Shown here in pieces: positions 61,961 to 64,000 of a stretch of DNA of 64,000 nt. Location of the stretch: assembly GCA_011109175.1 (NCBI GenBank), contig RDEW01000008.1, positions 691,954 through 755,953 on the forward strand, read 5' to 3'. This stretch comes from Dicyema japonicum (Eukaryota; Animalia; Dicyemida). The translations under genes and the position numbers were made by a program. The notes beneath the pieces are model-generated. The model was not told where the DNA came from. It worked only from the letters and a program-made list of their open reading frames with translations, and did no database searches. Numbering within the stretch: the first letter of the stretch is position 1; the number at the start of each line of letters is the position of its first letter.

Positions 61961-62879
61961 GATGACTCTCTATTTTTGATGCCTCTGCTGTAAGACTACT
62001 TTTCTTGAACATACTATTAGCTGGAAGTAGGCTTGCAATGAGACCCTAAAGTCATTATAAAAGTTGTTCATCTTTGTAAATATAAAATGTAACACTTGGC
62101 AGATTCCAATGAAGACAAAAATCGTTTGTTTGTGTTTACATTTAACTTCTCTGTGTGATTGATATAAAAGGAAAAGCGAATTACTCTAAATTATTTCCTT
62201 TTTCTTCGATGGCGTCATTGGATCCACTTTACTTGGGAGACGCCCTATGCCTGGCCAACATCAAAAGGATCCAACTAATCTTCCCCTGGGGGACATTTTC
62301 GTTACCTAGAGACAAGTTCTGGGATGAGTCAGGATCAAGGAGTTAATTAGTTTGTTACCATTGGTCTTCGGAATATTTTTAATTTAGTAATAAAACTCAC
62401 CACACGAATGAAGAGCTTTTGTATACTTTAGAAAACGTCAAATTGCAAGGATATTATTATTATTGCTCACTGTAGTTAATTTTTTACATTTTTAGTTGAC
62501 CTCGCTTATTATCGTTGTCCGAGGAAACACAAGTACATTTATCTTCGAAAATACAAGTTTTTATTCGCCGTGATTTCCGGTTAAAATTGAATTTATTCAT
62601 TAGAGCTGAAAGACTGTCTAAACGAGGACGAAAACAAGCTCCTGGAACCGATTAGCAAGATTGTGGAGGATTGGATCAATGGTTTCAGGAGGAGATCAAA
62701 GGTCCAGGACACATACATAAAGCTGGAGAATAAAGATTAAAAAGCTGGGAGAAACGTTCCGAAAAAGATTAATAATAAAAAAAAGGAGGAAGGGTCCAGG
62801 TGTGGATTCTAAGCCTTATGGTAGGACTCAGATGTAATACCCTCCAGTAATCTCCTTAACTCTTTTGTCAATAATCGTT

Positions 62880-63230
62880 TCGTTTTTTCGTTCAGATGGG
62901 CATTTTATGAGTTCCGAGATTGACGACGACGTATTTTTAAACATTGACAATTATTTTTCATTTTTCGAACAAAATGTGGTAAACAAGCCGATAGAACAAA
63001 GTTCCTTCATGTTTTGTGCGAATAATAGTGGAATGGAAGCAATATGAGTTACTCAAAGTAGATGGTATCCTTTAAGATTATAAACAAGGTTTCGAATATT
63101 GATTACCAAAATCCAACATTTCCAGATTATTGTTATGGACACGTGTATTCAATATCTAAGGAATTCATCCAATCCGAATAACTGCAAAAACCCTACTAAA
63201 CGTATCGACGATGTTTATTTTTTAAGGTTG
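62880..63230 (+). pseudogene. GT31 beta-1,3-glycosyltransferase-like fragment (gene with errors or pseudogene)
   Basis: IDDDVFLNIDN (DxD), SRWY, FPDYCYGHVYSIS and IDDVYF motifs in shifting frames; 5' part not found. Confidence 0.55.
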
Positions 63231-63379
63231 AGAGAGTTATTAAAGATGTCTGTTGATTAGACAGCATTCCATTGCTTACACAAAATCAGTTTTTTTTCAC
63301 AACCATGAAAATTTAAAAAATATATTTCAATCTACATGTGGATGGAAAATTGCTAAAAAATTATTTAACGATATAAAAA

Positions 63380-64000
63380 AACATGCAACGTGCGTTCGAT
63401 TCGGTGGCGTTAAAACTCTCTCGAGTTGGCAAAAATGTTGAAAGGAACAAAGGAGAAAGGTCACTTGCGTTACCTGATGGTATGAATGTAATTCTTGCCA
63501 TATCCGAGAGCGTTGTGGCAGCTGACCCAAAAGAATGGGCGAGGCAGGTAGTCCTGCAGGTACGTAGCAGGCTATCCTGAATGCCCTGGAATAGTTGGCC
63601 ATACTTGGCGGACCTCTGCAGTGGCAGATTCAGTACTGCTATATCTGTGAGTGAACTCAAGAAAATGGCTGTAGGCAAAGAGGGTACTGGTCTAAAGGGG
63701 CGGGGACCAGATGACCACAACTGTCAAAGAGAGCACGAGCACCAGAGCTGTGATACGTTGCAGCTCAAGCATGTTTATGAGGTCTTTGCGCGGAATCTCG
63801 CTGCAGCGGCAGATGTCCCACTTGAGGACCGTAGATTTACCCGCAAGATTCCTCATTGTAAGGTTAACGGTGTAGTGTTAACCTGCATCAATAAGGCTGT
63901 GGCTTATGCGGTGGAGGCTAAGCCAGTAGGGTCATTGGGTGACATCTCCCTAGTGCTGTATGCAGCACAGATCACCTATGAGGAATTGACGGACAAGCCC
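63380..64000 (+). mobile_element. R4/NeSL-like LINE, pre-RT region, runs off window
   Basis: GC-elevated near-open frame ending RKIP..INKAV..ISLVLYAAQITYEELTDKP, resembling the region upstream of RT in R4-type elements. Confidence 0.5.

Overview
AT-rich eukaryotic (animal-like) genomic window. It holds about 12 compact housekeeping genes, most with several tiny GT-AG introns (mostly 20-27 nt): ferritin, an orphan gene, a Max-like bHLH-ZIP, S1P lyase, TTC23-like, UBE2K, AP-3 sigma-like, acyl-protein thioesterase, PNO1, R3HDM4-like, CTNNBL1 and SERINC, plus a GT31 fragment. These sit in a dense, nested field of mostly decayed transposons: RTE, ingi/Vingi-like, CRE-like and R4/NeSL-like LINEs; pogo/Tigger, hAT-Buster, Merlin/IS1595 and GIN/Ginger-like DNA elements; and MITE-, SINE- and foldback-like repeats. 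Tiny introns with metazoan gene content suggest a reduced animal parasite such as a dicyemid; this is inference, not shown. Isolated 1-nt indels in homopolymers of conserved genes look like long-read assembly errors. The most notable system is an ingi-like LINE family whose 5' ends show the trypanosome L1Tc-type layout: an HDV-like (Pr77-like) ribozyme skeleton, then a 2A/StopGo peptide, then APE endonuclease and RT. It is reconstructable from three independently decayed copies, one of which has a 52-nt piece of the neighbouring PNO1 gene fused to its 5' end. All annotation is manual; exon and TE boundaries are approximate unless stated.
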